Source of the DNA: Squalus acanthias
Taxonomy: Eukaryota
Length of the DNA: 64,000 nucleotides
Direction: 5' to 3'
Assembly (NCBI GenBank): GCA_030390025.1
Contig: CM059431.1
Location: 149,484,001 to 149,548,000, forward strand
The notes below the pieces were generated by a model that searched no databases, was not told the DNA's origin, and saw only the letters and a list, made by a program, of their open reading frames with translations. A program made the translations under genes and the position numbers. Positions 33,001 to 48,000 of the stretch are shown piece by piece; position 1 is the first letter of the stretch, and the number at the start of each line of letters is the position of its first letter.

Positions 33001-36000
33001 TGAAGCCTGTGTTCATCTTGCTCTGAGTATGGTGCTTATACCTCATAGAATGAGAATAACTAACGCACCACAGGCAGGGAATGGAGCCTGAGCCGATTCC
33101 TGCACTGTGTGTGGTGCTCAGTATCACACTGGTTGAGATCAGGAAAAGCACCAAAGGACGGGACGATCCTGCGCCCTTCCTGCACTGTGTAGAGCTCAGT
33201 ACCACTCCTATTGAGATTAACAGACATAACTCAGGCCAAGAATGGAGCCTGGGCCCTTCCTGCTCTGTAAGTGGAGCTCAGTACCTCACCGAATGTGAAC
33301 AACTAACACATTACAGGCCGGAATGGAGCCTGGTCACATTCTGCTCTGCGTGGGGTTCAATAGCACACTGAGTGATATCAGCTAACACACCACAGCACTA
33401 GAATGATCCTGGGCTCATCCTGCTCTCCCTAGTGCGCAGTACCACACCGGGTAAGATCAGCTAATACATCACAAGCTTAGGATGATCCTAGGCTCATCTG
33501 ACTCTCTCTGTTTCTCGGTACCGCACTGGCCGAGATCATATAACACACCACAGTCATTGGAATGATCCTCTGCCCATCCTGCTCTGTGTGGGGCTCAGTA
33601 CCACACTGAATGAGAACAACAAAAACACAAGAGGCCGTGAATAGAGACTGGGTCCTTCCTGCTTTGTAGGTGGGGCTCAGTTCCTCAGCTAAAGAGAACA
33701 ACTAACATATCACAGGCCTGGAAAGGAGCCTTGACACATTCTGCTCTGTGTGTGGTGCTCAGTATCGCATCGGGTGAGAGCAGCTCACATACCAGAGCAG
33801 AGGGAACGCTCCTGGGCAATTGCTGCTCTGTGTGCAGGGCACAGTCCATCTCCAAATGGAAAGAACTGACATACCACATTACAGGGAATGATCGTGGGTC
33901 TTTCCTGCACTGTGTGAAGCTGACTACATCACCGATGAGAATAACAGACATACCACAGGCCGGGAATGGTACCTTGGTCCTTTCTTCTCACATGGTGGGG
34001 CTCAGCACCTCACGTAATGATAACATCTGACATACCACAGGCGGGGAATGCTACCTTGGGCCATCCTTCTCTGTGAGTGGGGCACAGTACCTCACTGAGT
34101 GAGAAATACTGAAATACAACAGGCTGGGAATGGGACCAGTAATACAGAGAATCGAATATTCATTGCTGAGCCTGCATCCCACAGTTAATCAGGTCAGTTT
34201 ACCTGTCAAAGTCTGATCTACATTTCTTCGGGTTGTCCAATCAGGGAGTTTTATGATTGAAGTGACATTGATTGAATTGTTGCATTGCTTTGAGTGTTCA
34301 TCCTCAATATCTCTATTTAAATGTATTAACCATGAGAGGGAATAGTGTCTCACGCTGCTGTGCCCACCTGACTGGTACGAATAGGATCATGTAATTTGAG
34401 CGTCTCAGTGCAGGTTTCCTTTGTTTGCAAATCAGGCATCAGTCAAGCGAACAGCAGCTACTCCAAGAACAACAGCAATCACCACTTCTTACAGAAAGTG
34501 CGGGCAGATTTAGTCATATTTGAAAGATGATTTCGACCTTACGCCGTCAACCTGTGTGTTCAGTGATTGTTTCTCGACAGTCCTTAACTGTGTTAATATG
34601 CAATCCACGGTATGACTGCTTTTCTCCCGGCTTTTTGTGGATTCAGCACAATTGTTCTGAGCTGTTTCTTACAACGGTGGCTGCTTAGTGATGTCAGTGC
34701 CGAGAATGCCGTGCCTTTACATTTTAATATATATTCAATGTGATTGCTTTATTCAGACGGGCTATTCTTTGACTCTCTGGCATCAAAAATGAAATCGGGT
34801 TAATGTTATCATCCAACAAATAATGATCCCTGAATCAGGCCGAGCACTGACATCTATTTCGGGCAAAGGCTACCTTTAATGTTTCTGTTCGTGTTAATAG
34901 ATACTGGAGCAGTGTCTTGGTGTTGGTTCAGTTTACATGTTTTGTTTTATGTCCAGACAGCAGTTGATATGCAATAGTTCAGCATAGACCAGAGAGGATG
35001 CCTGGAACAGTCCTGTTTTTTGTGGCTCAGTAATTCACCAGGCCATGGAATGATCCTGGGTACATCCTGCTCTGGGTGGTTCTTAGCAGCACACTGGGTG
35101 AGATCAGCTAGCACACCATAGGCCTGGGATTTTTCCTGGGACCATCCTGCTCTGTGTGGGGCTAACTAGCAAACCAGGTGAGATCAGCTAACACACCACA
35201 GGCCTGGGAATGTTACTGGGCCCAGCCTTCTATGTGTAGTAATCAGTCCCACACTGGTTGATATCTGCGAACACACCACAGGCCTGGGAATGATCCTCGG
35301 CCCATACTGCTCTGTGTAGGGCTGAGTAAAACACTAGGTGCTATCAGCTAACCCACCAAAGGCCGGTAAATGTTTCTGGGCCCATCCTGCTCTGAGTGGG
35401 GCTCAGTACCACACCAATTCGGTGGATTGATCCTGAGCCCATCGTGAGCTTTGTGTTGCTCAGTAGCACACTGGGTGAGATCAGCTAAAAAACAGGAACT
35501 GGGTAATGCTCTTCGACTTATCCTCCACGCTCTGTGGGGCTCACTGGGTTAGAGCAGCTCACTAAGCACAGGCCGGATTGGTTCCAGCCTCTTTCCTGTT
35601 GTCAACGGGCTATGCACTACACCGGTTGAGATCTGTTAACAGAGCCTGGGCCATTCCTGCTCTCTGTGTGGGGATCAGAGCCTCACCGAATCAGAGCAAG
35701 TAATATACCACAAGCCGAGAAGGTAGCCTGGGCGCACCGTGGTCTGTGAGTGGACCTCAGTCTCACACCGGGTGAGATCAGGGAAAAGACCACAGGAAAG
35801 GGAATGATCCTGGGCTCTTCTTCTCTTTATACATGGCACAGTCCAGCTCCAAATGAGAACAACTGACATACCACAGGAGAGGGTTTGCTCCTGGGCCCTC
35901 CTGCTCTGTGTGTGGTGATCAGTACCTCACGGAATATGAACAACTAACATATTACAGGCCGGGAATGGAGACTGGGCACATCCTGCTCTGTGTGTGGGAT

Positions 36001-39000
36001 TCAGTAGCTCACATAATGTGTACAACCAGCACATTGCAGGCGGGGAATGGAGCCTGGGCCCATCCTGCTCTGAATGTAGGGCTCAGTAGCAAAAAAGAAT
36101 GTGAACAACTAACATACTACAGGCCGGGAATGTAGCCTGCGCCCTTCCTGCTCTGTGTGTGGGGCTAAGTACCTCACAGAATGTGAACAACTAACACACT
36201 ATAGGCCGAGAATAGAGCCTGGGCCCATCAGGATCCGTGTGTCGGTTTCAGTACCACACGGAATGTGAACAACTAACACATTACAGGCCGGGAATGGAGC
36301 CTGGGCCCATCCTGCTCTGTCTGTGGGGTTCAGTGCCTCATTGAATGTGAACAACAAACACATTACAGGCCGGAAATGGAGCCTGGTCCCAACTTGCTCT
36401 GTGTATGGGGTTCAGTACCTCACTGAATGTGAGCAAGTAACACATTACAGGCCGGGAAATGGAGCCTAGGCCCATCCTGCTCTGTGTGTGGGGTTAAGTA
36501 CAACACAGAATGTGAACAACTAACATACTACAGGCCGGGAATGGTTCCTGAGCCCTTCCTGCTCTGTGTAGGGCTCAGTACCTCACTGAATGGGAACAAC
36601 TGACATACCACAGGCCGGGAATGGTGCCTGGGCCCTTCCTGCTCTGTGTGGGGCTCAGTAGCTCATCAAATAAGAATAACTGACACACCACAGGCCGGGA
36701 ATGGTGCCTGGGCCATTCCTGCTCTGTTTAGGGCTCAGGACCTCACTGGATGGAAACAACTGACATACCAGAGTCCGGGAGTGGTGCTTGGACCCGTCCT
36801 TCGTGTGTGGGCCTCAGTGCCTCATCGACGGTGAAAAACTGACATACCACAGACCGGAAAGGCAGCCAGCACTCTTATATCGCTGTGTGTGGGGATCAGT
36901 ACCGCATCAAATGAGAATAAATGACATACCACAATCTGGGAATGGAGCCTGATTTCATCCTGCTCTTTCCGGGCTCAGTACCACAACGGGTAAAATTTAC
37001 GAAGTCACCAAATCGGTGGAATGATCCAGAGCACATCCTGCTCTGTGTAGGGTTCAGTACCACACCGGGTTTGATCAGCTAATGCACCACAGGCCGGGGA
37101 ATGCTCCTGGGACTATCTTGCACTGTGTGTGGGGCTCTGTTCCACATTCTGCGGGAGCAGCTCACTCAACACAAGCCAGAGATGGAGCCTGTTATCTTCC
37201 TGCTCGTTGTGTGACTCGGTATCACACGGGGGAGATCAGTTAACACAGGACAAGCCGGATTAGATCCTGGATCTTTACTGTTCTGTGGTGTGGAGCATTA
37301 CACCGATTCAGATCTGTTAACAGACCCTGGGCCATTCCTGCTCTGTGTTTGGGTCTCAGTACCTCACCGAATAAGAACTACTGATATAATACAGGCCGGG
37401 AATGGAGACTGAGCACTTCCAGCTCAGTGGGTGGGGCTCAGTACCTCACGGGATGTGAACAACGAACATATTACAGGCCGATAATGGAGCCGGGGCCCAT
37501 CCTGCTCAGTGGGAGGGGCTCAGTACCTCACAGGATGTGAACAAATAACTTACTACAGGCTGGGAATGGAGCCTGGGCCTAGCCTGTTCTGTGTATGGGG
37601 CTCAGTACCTCTAAGAATGAGAATAACAGACACACCACAGGTCGGTAATGAGTCTGGGCCCAAACCTGCTCTATATGTGCTGCTCAGTAACACACCGTGT
37701 GAGATCAGTCAAAACAGCACAGAACAGGGAATGATCCTGGGCCCTTCCTGCACTGTATGGAGCTCAGTACCTCACCGAATGTGAATAACATACAAACACC
37801 TGCTGGCAATGGAGCCTGGGCCTATCCTGCACTTTTTGTGGAGCTCAGTACCTCACAGAATATAAATAACAGACATAACACCGGCTGCCAATTGAGCCTG
37901 GCCCAATCCTGCTTTGTATGTGGGGTTCAGTACCGCACTGAATGAAGACAACAGAAATACCTCAGGCGGGGAATGGAGACTGGATCCTTCCATCTTTGTG
38001 AGGGGCTCAGTTCCTTACCAAAAGAGAACAACTAAGATACCACAGGAGAGTGCATGATGCTGGACACTTGCTCACCTGAAAGCCACTAATAGGATCAGGT
38101 TATTTGAGCTTCTCAGTGTAGGTTTCTTTTGTGTGCAAATCAGGCATCCAATCACGCGAACAGCAGCTACTCCAAGAAGAACAGAAATCATCACTTCTCA
38201 CAGAAAGTGCGAGCATATTTAATCGTTATTAGGACCGAAGATGATTTCTACCTTACACCGTCAACCTGTGTGGTGAGTGAGTATTTCTGGACAGACCCTA
38301 ACTGTGTAAATATGTATTCCACGGTATGACTGCTTTCCTCCCGTCTGCTTGAGGATTCAGCCCCATTGTTCTGAGCTGTTTCTTACACAGGTGGCTGTTT
38401 AGTGATGTCAGTGCCGAGAATGCCGTGCTTTAACCTTTTTATTATTTATTCAATGTGATTGCTTTATTCAGACTGGAATATTATTTGAATCTGTGGCATC
38501 AGTAGGCAATTGGTTTAATGTTTTCGTCCAACAATTAATGATCCCTGAATCAGGCCGAGCTCTGGCATCACTTTCGGGCAATGGCTACCTTTAAGATTTC
38601 TCCTTGAGTTAATTGATACTGGAGCAGTTTCTGGGTGTTGGGTCAGTTTACAGGTGTTGTGTTAAATCCAGACATCAGGTGAGATACGATAGTTCAGCAT
38701 AGATCAGAGAGGAGGCCTGGAACTGCTCTGTTCTTTGTGGCTCAGTAACTCACCGGGCCATGGAATGATCCTGAGCCCATCCTGCACTGTGTGGTGCTCA
38801 GTACCACATCGGGTGAGATTAGCTAACACATCACAGGCCGTGGGATGATCCTGGGCACAACCTGTACAGTGTGGTGCTCAGTACCACACTGGTTGATTCC
38901 TGCTAACACACGACAGGCCGTGGGATGATCCTGGGCACATCCTGCACTGTGTGGTGCTCAGTACCAAACTGGTTGATACCTGCTACACACCACAGGCCGT

Positions 39001-42000
39001 GGGATGATCCTGGGCACATCCTGCTCTGTGTGGGGCTCAGTACCAAACTGGGTGAGAGAAGCAAGCCCACCAGAGGCCGTGGAATGATCCTGGGCCGATC
39101 CTGCACTGTGTGGAGCTCAGTACCACACTGGGTGAGATCAGCTACCAAATCACATACAGTGGAATGATCCTGGGCACATCCTGCTCTGTGAGGGGCTCAG
39201 TACCACACTGAATGAGAACAACAGAAATACCACAGGCCGGGAATGGAGACTGGTTCCTACCTGCTCTGTGTGGATCAGTTCCTTACCAAATGAGAACAAC
39301 TAAGATACCACAGGAGAGGGCATGATGCTGGTCACTTGCCTCTCCGTGTGCGGGGCACAGTCCATCTCCGAATGAGAATAACAGATATTCCACAGGACAA
39401 GGAATGTTGCTGGGCACTTCCTTCTCACTGAGGTGGGGCTCAGTATCTCACCGAATGGGAACAACTGACATACCACAGTCCGGGAATGGAGTCACTACTG
39501 CAGGGAATCGAATCTTCATTGCTGAGCCTGCCTCCCGCAGTTAAGCGGATCAGTTTACCTGTCATAGTCTGATCTACGTTTCTTAGGAGTGTCCAGTCAT
39601 TGAAGTGACATTGATTGAATTGATAGATTGCTTTGAGTGTTCATCCTCAATATCTCTATTGAAATATATTAACCATGAGTGGGAATAGTGTCTCACGCTG
39701 CTGTGCCCACCTGACATGCACTAATAGGATCATGTAATTTGAGCGTCTCAGTGCAGGTTTCCTTTGTTTGCAAATCAGGCACCAGTCAAGCGAACAGCAG
39801 CTACTCCAAGAACAACAGAAATCACCACTTTTCGCGGAAAGTGTGGGCATATTTAATTGGTATTAGGACCGAACATGATTTCAACCTTACACCGTTAAAC
39901 TGTGTGGTCAGTGATTGTTTCTGGCCAGTCCCTAACAGTGTAGATATGTATTCTACGGCGTGACTGCTTTTCTTCCGTCTGTTTGAGGATTCAGCCGCAT
40001 TGTTCAGAGCTGTTTCTTACACAGATGGCTGATTAGTGATGTCAGTGCCGAGAAACCATGCTTTTATCTTTTACTATTTATTACATGTGATTGCGTTATT
40101 CAGGCTGTAATATTCTTTGAATCTCTGGCATCATTAATGTAATCGGGTTCAGGTTTTCTTCCAAGAATCAATGTTCCCTGAATTAGGCCGAGCACTGGCA
40201 TTACTTTCGGCAATGGCTACCTTTAAGGTTTCTGGTTGAGTTAATTGATACTGGAGCAGTTTCTGGGTGATGGGTGAGTTTACATGTGTTGTGTTAGGCC
40301 CAGACAGCAGGTGAGATGCGATAGTTCAGCATAGACCAGAGAGGATGCCTGGAACTGTCCTGTTCTTTGTATCTCAGTAACTCACCAGGTCATGAAATGA
40401 TCCTGGGCCCATCCTGCTCTGTGTAGGGCTCAGCAACACATCGGGTGAGATCAGCTAACACACCACAGGTCGGGAATTGCTTCTGGACCCATCCTGCTCT
40501 GTGTGGGGCTCAGTACCACACTGGGTGTGATCAGTTAAAACTCCAGAGGCCGGTGAAAGCCCCTGGAAATATTCTGCACTGTGTGTGGCACAGTACCTCT
40601 CTGAATGTGAACAACTGAAACACCACAAGCCGGGAAAGTAGCCTGTGCCCATCTTGCTCTGTGTGTGTTTCTCGGTATCACACCGGGTGTGACCAGGAAA
40701 ACACCAAAGTACAGGACATATGCTGGGCTCTTCCTGCACTGTGTGAGGTGCACAGTCCACCTCCAAATGTGAGCAATTGACATACCACAGGACAGGGCAT
40801 GCTCCTGGGCCCTTGCTGCCTCTGTGTGTGGCTCAGTAACATACTGGGTTTGATCAGCATACACACCACAGGCCATGGAATGATCCTGGGCCAATCCTGC
40901 TCTGTATGGGGGTCAGTACCACACTGTGTGAGATCAGGTAACACGTCACAGGCTGTGGAATGCTACTGGCCCAAACCTGCTCTGTGTGGGGCTCAGTACC
41001 ACACTGGGTGAGAGCAGTTCAATCAGCACAGGTCTGGGATGGAGCCTGGGATCTTCCTTCTCTATTTGTGACTCAGTACCAAACGGGGGAGATCAGCATA
41101 CCACAGGACAGGCTGGGATCAATCCTGCATCTTTCCTGTTCGGTGGGGCTGAGCACTACATCAGTTCAGATCTGTTAACAGAGCTGGGCCATCGTGGTAT
41201 ATACTTGGGGATCAGTACCTCACCGAATGAGAACAACTTGATATACCACAGATCGCGAATGGAGACAGGCCCGTTTCTGCTCTGTGTGGGCTCAGTTTCA
41301 CATAGGATGATATCAGGGTAATCAACACAGGACAGGGAATGATCCTGCGCCTTTCCTGCGCTTTGGTGTGGGACTCAGTACCTCACTGAATGAGAATATT
41401 TGACAAACCACAGGCATGGAATGGAGCCTGGGCCCTTCCTGCACTTTGTGGAGCTCAGTACCTCAACGACTGAGAATAACAGGCATACCACAGGCCTTTA
41501 ATGGAGCCTGGGCCCTTCCTTCACTCTGGGTGGGGCTCAGTACCTCACCGAATGAGGACAACTGAGATTCTACTGGCCAGGAATGGAGCCTAGGCCCATC
41601 CTGCTCTGTGTCTTGGTTTCATTACCTCAAAGAATGAGAAAAACATACATACCTCAGGCAGGGAATGGAGCCTGGGCACATCCTGATCTGTATGGGGTCA
41701 GTACATCACTGAATGTGAACAACTAACATACAACAGGCCGGGAAGGAACCTGGGCCAATGCTGCTCAGTGTGTGGGGGTCAGTACCTCACTGAATGTGAA
41801 CAACTAACATACTACATTCCGGGAATGGAGCCTGTGGCCATCCTGCTCTGTGTGTGGGGCTCAGTACCTCACAGAATGAGAGTAACTAACATTCTACAGG
41901 CCGCGAATGGAGCCTGGGCCCATCCTGCTCTGTGTGTGCGGCTCAGAACCTCACAGAATGATAATAACTAACATACTACAGGCCGCGAATGGAGCCTGGG

Positions 42001-45000
42001 CTCATCCTGCTCTGTGTGTGCGGCTCAGAACCATACAGAATGTGAACAAATAACATACTACAGGACGGAAATTGGGCCTGGGTTCATCCTGCTCAGTGTG
42101 TGGGGTTCAGTACCTCACAGAATGTGAACAACTAACACATTACAGGTCGGGAATGGAGCCTGGGCCCATCCTGCTCTGTGTGCGGGGCTGATACCTCACA
42201 GAATGTGAACAAGTAACATACTACAGGCCGGGAATGGAGCCTGGGCCCATGCTGCTCTGCGTGTGGGTTTCAGTACCTCACAGAATATGACCAACTAAAA
42301 TACTACAGGCCGGGATTGGAGCCTGGGACCATCCTGCTCTGTGTGTGGGCTTCAGTATCTCACAGAATTTGAACAACTAACATATTACAGGCCGGGAATT
42401 AAACCTGGGCCCATCCTGCTCCATGTGTGGTGTTCAGTTCGTCACATAATGTGAACAACTAACATACTGCATGCCGTGAATGAAGCCTGGTCCCATCCTG
42501 CTCTGTGTGTGGGGCACAGTGCCTCACAGAATGTGATCATCTTAAGCATTACAGGTCGGGAATAGAGCCTGGACCCATACTGCTCTGTGTGTGGGGCTGA
42601 AACCTCTCATAATGTGAACAAGTATCATACTACAGGCCGGGATTGGAGCCTGGGCCCATCCTGCTCTGTGTGTGGGGTTCAGTACCTCACATAATTTGAA
42701 CAACTAACATACTACAAGCCGGGATTGGAGCCTGGGCCCAACCTGCTCTGTGTGTGGGGTTTAGGACCTCACAGAATGTGAACAACTAACCTACTATAGA
42801 CCGGGAATGGAGCCTGGGCCCATCCTGCTCTGTGTGTGTGGTTCAGTACCTCACAGAGTGTGAACAACGAACACATTACAGGTCAGGAATGGAGCCTGTG
42901 TTCATCCTGCTCTGTGTATGGTGCTCATACCTCATAGAATGAGAATAACTAATGCACCACAGGCAGGGAATGGAGCCTGGGCCAATTCCTGCACTGTGTG
43001 TGGTGTTCAGTATCACACTGATTGAGATCAGGAAAAGTGCCAAAGGACGGGACGGATCCTGCGCCCTTCCTGCACTGTGAAGAGCTCAGTACCACACCTA
43101 TTGAGATTAACAGACATAACAGAGGCCAAGAATGGAGCCTGGGCCCTTCCTGCTCTGTAAGTGGAGCTCAGTACCTCACCGAATGTGAACAACTAACACA
43201 TTACAGTCCCGGAATGGAACCTGGTCACATTCTGCTCTGCGTGGGGTTCAATAGCACACTGAGTGATATCAGCTAACACACCACAGCACTAGAATGATCT
43301 TGGGCCCATCCTGATCTCCCTAGTGCGCAGTACCAAACCAGGTAAGATCAGCTAATACCTCACAAGTTTAGAATGCACCTAGGCTCATCCTACTCTCTCT
43401 GGGTCTCGGTAACGCACTGGCCGAGATCAGATAATGCACCACAGTCATTGGAATGATCATCTGCCCATCCTGCTCTGTGTGGTGCTCAGCACCACACTGA
43501 ATGAGAACAACAAAAACACAACAGGCCGTGAATAGAGACTGGGTCCTTCCTGCTTTGTAGGTGGGGCTCAGTTCCTCAGCTAATGAGAACAACTAACATA
43601 TCACAGGCCTGGAATGGAGCCTTGACACATCCTGCTCTGTGTGTGGCGCTCAGTATCGCATCGGGCGAGAGCAGCTAACATACCACTGGAGAGGGAACGC
43701 TCCTGGGCAATTGCTGCTCTGTGTGTGGGGCTCAGTCCATCTCCAAATGGAAAGAACTGACATACCACATTACAGGGAATGATCGTGGGTCTTTCCTGCA
43801 CTGTGTGAAGCTGACTACATCACCGATGAGAATAACAGACATACCACAGGCCAGGAATGGTACCTTGGTCCATTCTTCTCACAAGGTGGGGCTCAGCACC
43901 TCACGTAATGATAACATCTGACATACCACAGGCGGGGAATGATACCTTGGGCCTTCCTTCTCTGTGTGTTGGGCACAGAACCTGACTGAGTGAGAAAAAC
44001 TGAAATACAACAGGCTGGGAATGGAACCAGTAATACAGAGAATCGAATCTTCATTACTGAGCCTGCCTCCCGCAGTTAATCAGGTCAGTTTAACTGTCAA
44101 AGTCTGATCTACATTTCTTCGGGTTCTCCAGTCAGGGAGTTTTATGATTGAAGTGACATTGATTGAATTGTTGCATTGCTTTGAGTGTTCATCCTCAATA
44201 TCTCTATTTAAATGTATTAACCATGAGTGGGAATAGTGTCTCACTCTGCTGTGCCCACCTGACTGGTACTAATAGGATCATGTAATTTGAGCGTCTCAGT
44301 GCAGGTTTACTTTGTTTGCAAATCAGGCATCCAGTCAAGCGAACAGCAGCTACTCCAAGAACAACAGCAATCACCACTTCTTACAGAAAGTGCGGGCAGA
44401 TTTAGTCATATTTAAAAGATGATTTCGACCTTATGCCATCAACCTGTGCGTTCAGTGATTGTTTCTGGACAGTCTTAACTGTGTAAATATGTAAACCACG
44501 GTATGACTGCTTTTCTCCCGGGTTTTTGTGGATTCAGCCCAATTGTTCTGAGCAGTTTCTTACACCGGTTTCTGCTTAGTGATGTCAGTGCCGAGAATGC
44601 CGTGCTTTTACATTTTAATATTTATTCCATGTGATTGCTTTATTCAGACTGGACTATTCTTTGACTCTCTGGCGTCAATAATGAAATCGGGTTAATGTTA
44701 TCATCCAACAAATAATGATCCCTGAATCAGGCCGAGCACTGGCATCACTTTCGGTCAAGGCTACCTTTAATGTTTCTGTTTGAGTTAATTGGTACTGGAG
44801 CAGTGTCTTGGTGTTGGTTCAGTTTACATGTTTTGTTTTAGGTCCAGACAGCAGTTGATATGCAGTAGTTCAGCATAGACCAGAGAGGATGCCTGGAACA
44901 GTCTTGTTCTTTGTGGCTCAGTAACTCACCAGGCCATGGAATGATCATGGCCACATCCTGCTCTGTGTGGTTCTTAGTAGCACACTGGGTGAGATCAGCA

Positions 45001-48000
45001 AGCACACCACAGGCCTGGGATTGTCCCTGGGCCCATCCTGCTCTGTGTGGGGCTAACTAGCTCACCAGGTGAGATCAGCTAACACACCACAGGCCAGGGA
45101 ATGTAACTGGGCCCATCCTGCTCTGTATATGGATCAGTCCCACACTGGTTGATATCTGCGAACACACCACAGGCCTGGGAATGATCCTCGCCCCATAATG
45201 CTCTGTGTAGGGCTGAGTACCACACTGGGGGTTATCTACGAACCCACCAAAGGCCGGTGAATGTTGCTGGGCCCATCCTGCTCTGGATCGGGCTCAGTAC
45301 CACACCAATTCGGTGGATTGATCCTGAGCCGATCGTGCACTTTGTGTTGCTCAGTACCACACTGAGTGAGATCAGCTAAAAAACAGTTAAAGGGTAATGC
45401 TCCTCGGCTTAACCTGCACTCTCGTTGGGGCTCACTGGGTTAGAGCAGCTCACACAGCACAGGCCGGTATGGTTCCCGCCTCTTTCCTGTTGTGTGGGGC
45501 TGAACACTACATCGGTTGAGATCTGTTAACAGAGCCTGGGCCATTCCTGCTCTGTGTGTGGGGATGCGAGCCTCACCGAATAAGAGCAAGTAATATACCA
45601 CAAGCCAAGAAGGGAGACTGGGCGCATCGTGCTCTGTGTGTAGGACCTCAGTCTCACACCGGGTGAGTTCAGGAAAAGACCACAGGACAGGGAATGATTC
45701 CTGGGCCCTACTGCTCTGTATACAGGGCACAGTCCAGCTCCAAATGAGAACAACTGACATACCACAGGAGAGGGTTTGCTCCTGGGCCCTCCTGCTCTAT
45801 GTGTGGTGCTCAGTACCTCACGGAATGTGAACAACTAACATATTACAATCCCGGAATGGAGCCTGGGACCATCCTGCTCTGTGTGTGGGGTTCAGTAACT
45901 CACATAATGTGAACAACTAACACATTACAGGCGGGGAATGGAGCCTGGGCACATCCTGCTCTGTGTGTGGGGTTCAGTACCTCTCAGAATGTGAACAACT
46001 AACATACCACAGGCCGGGAATGGAGCCTGGGCCCATCATGTTCAGTGTGTGGGGCTCAGTACCTCACAGAATGTGAACAACTAACATACTACTGGCCGGG
46101 AATGTAGCCTGCGCCCTTCCTGCTCTGTGTGTGGGGCTAAGTACCTCACAGAATGTGAACAACTAACATACTATCGGCCGAGAATAGAGCCTGGGCCCAT
46201 CCTGCTCCGTGTGTGGGGTTCAGTACCACACGAAATGTAAACAACTAACACATTACAGGCCGGGAATGGAGCCTGGGTTCATCCTGCTCTGAGTGTGTGG
46301 TTCAGTACCTCACTGAATATGAACAAATAAGACCTTACAGGCCGTAAATGGAGTCTGGTCCCATCCTGCTCTGTGTGTGGGGTTCAGTACCTCACTGAGT
46401 GAGAGCAACTAACACATTACAGGCCGGAAATGGAGACCGGGCCCAACCTGCTCTGTGTGCTGGTTTCAGTACCACGCAGAATTTGAAGAGCTAACGAATT
46501 ACAGGCCGGGAATGGAGCCCGGGCCCATCCTGCTCTGTGTGTGGGGTTAAGTACCACACAGAATGTGAACAATTAACATACTACAGGCCGGGAATGGTGC
46601 CTGAGCCCATCCTGCTCTGAGTAGGGCTCATTACCTCACTGGATGGGAACAACTGACATACCACAGGCTGGGAATTGTCCCTAGGCCCTTCCTGCTCTGT
46701 GTGGGGCTCAGTAGCTCATCAAATGAGAATAAATGACACACCACAGGCCGGGAATGGTGCCTGGGCCCTTCCTGCTCTGTGTCGGGCTCAGTACCTCACT
46801 GGATGGGAACAACTGACATACCAGAGTCCAGGAATGGTGCTTGGAACCGTCCTTCGTGTGTGGGCCTCAGTACCTCATCGACGGAGAATAACTGACATAC
46901 CTCAGACCGGAAAGGCAGCCAGCACCCTTATTTCGCTGTGTGTGGGGCTCAGTACCGCATCAAATGAGAATAACTGACATACCACTGACTGGGAATGAAG
47001 CCAGGGTTCATCCTTGTCTTTCCGGGCTCAGTTCCACAACGGGTAAAATTTACGAACACACCAAATCTGTGGAATGATCCAGAGCACATCCTGCTCTTTG
47101 TAGGGCTCAGTACCACACCGGGTTTGATCAGCTAAAGCACCACAGGCCGGGGAATGCTCCTGGGACTATCTTGCACTGTGTGTGGGGCTCAGTTCCACAT
47201 TCTGCGGGAGCAGCTCGCACAACACAAGCCAGGGATGGAGCCTGGTATCTTGCTGCTCGTTGTGTGACTTGGTACCACACGGGGGAGATCAGTTAACACA
47301 GGACAGGCCGGATTAGACCCTGAATCTTTACTATTCTGTGGTTTGGAGCATTACACCTGTTCAGATCTGTTAACAGAGCCTGGGCCATTCCTGCTCTGTG
47401 TTTGGGTCTCAGTACCTCACCGAATGAGAACAACTGATATAACACAGGCCGGGAATGGAGCCTGAGCACTTCCTGCTCAGTGGGTGGGGCTCAGTACCTC
47501 ACGGGATGTGAACAACGAACATATTACAGGCCGAGAATGGAGCCTGGGCCCTTCCTGCTCAGTTGTTGTGGCTCAGTACCTCACAGGATGTGAACAACTA
47601 ACATAGTACAGTCCGGGAATGAAGCCTGGGCCCTTCCTGCTCAGTGGGTGGGGCTCAGTACCTCACCGAATGTGAACAACTAACTTACTACAGGCTGGGA
47701 ATGGAGCCTGGGCCCAGCCTGTTCTGTGTATGGGGCTCAGTACCTCATAGAATGAGAAAAACTGACACACCACAGGTCGGGAATGAGCCTGTGCCCAAAC
47801 CTCCTCTATTTGTGCTGCTCAGTATCACACCGGGTGAGATCAGGCAAAACACCACAGAACAGGAAATGATCCTGGGCACTTCCTGCACTGTATGGAGCTC
47901 AGTACCTCACCGAATGTGAATAACAGACATAAAACCTGCTGGCAATGGAGCCTGGGCCTATCCTGCACTTTTTGTGGAGCTCAGTACCTCACCGAATGTG

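Noticed and set aside
34148..35040. C/D-box snoRNA within the cassette
   Set aside because: No clear RUGAUGA box paired with CUGA and a terminal stem was found by eye. A covariance-model scan would be needed.
44521..44560. V(D)J recombination signal (GGTTTTTGT nonamer; many CACTGTG in monomers)
   Set aside because: No heptamer at 12 or 23 spacing from the nonamer, other cassette copies lack the perfect nonamer, and there are no V, D or J segments.
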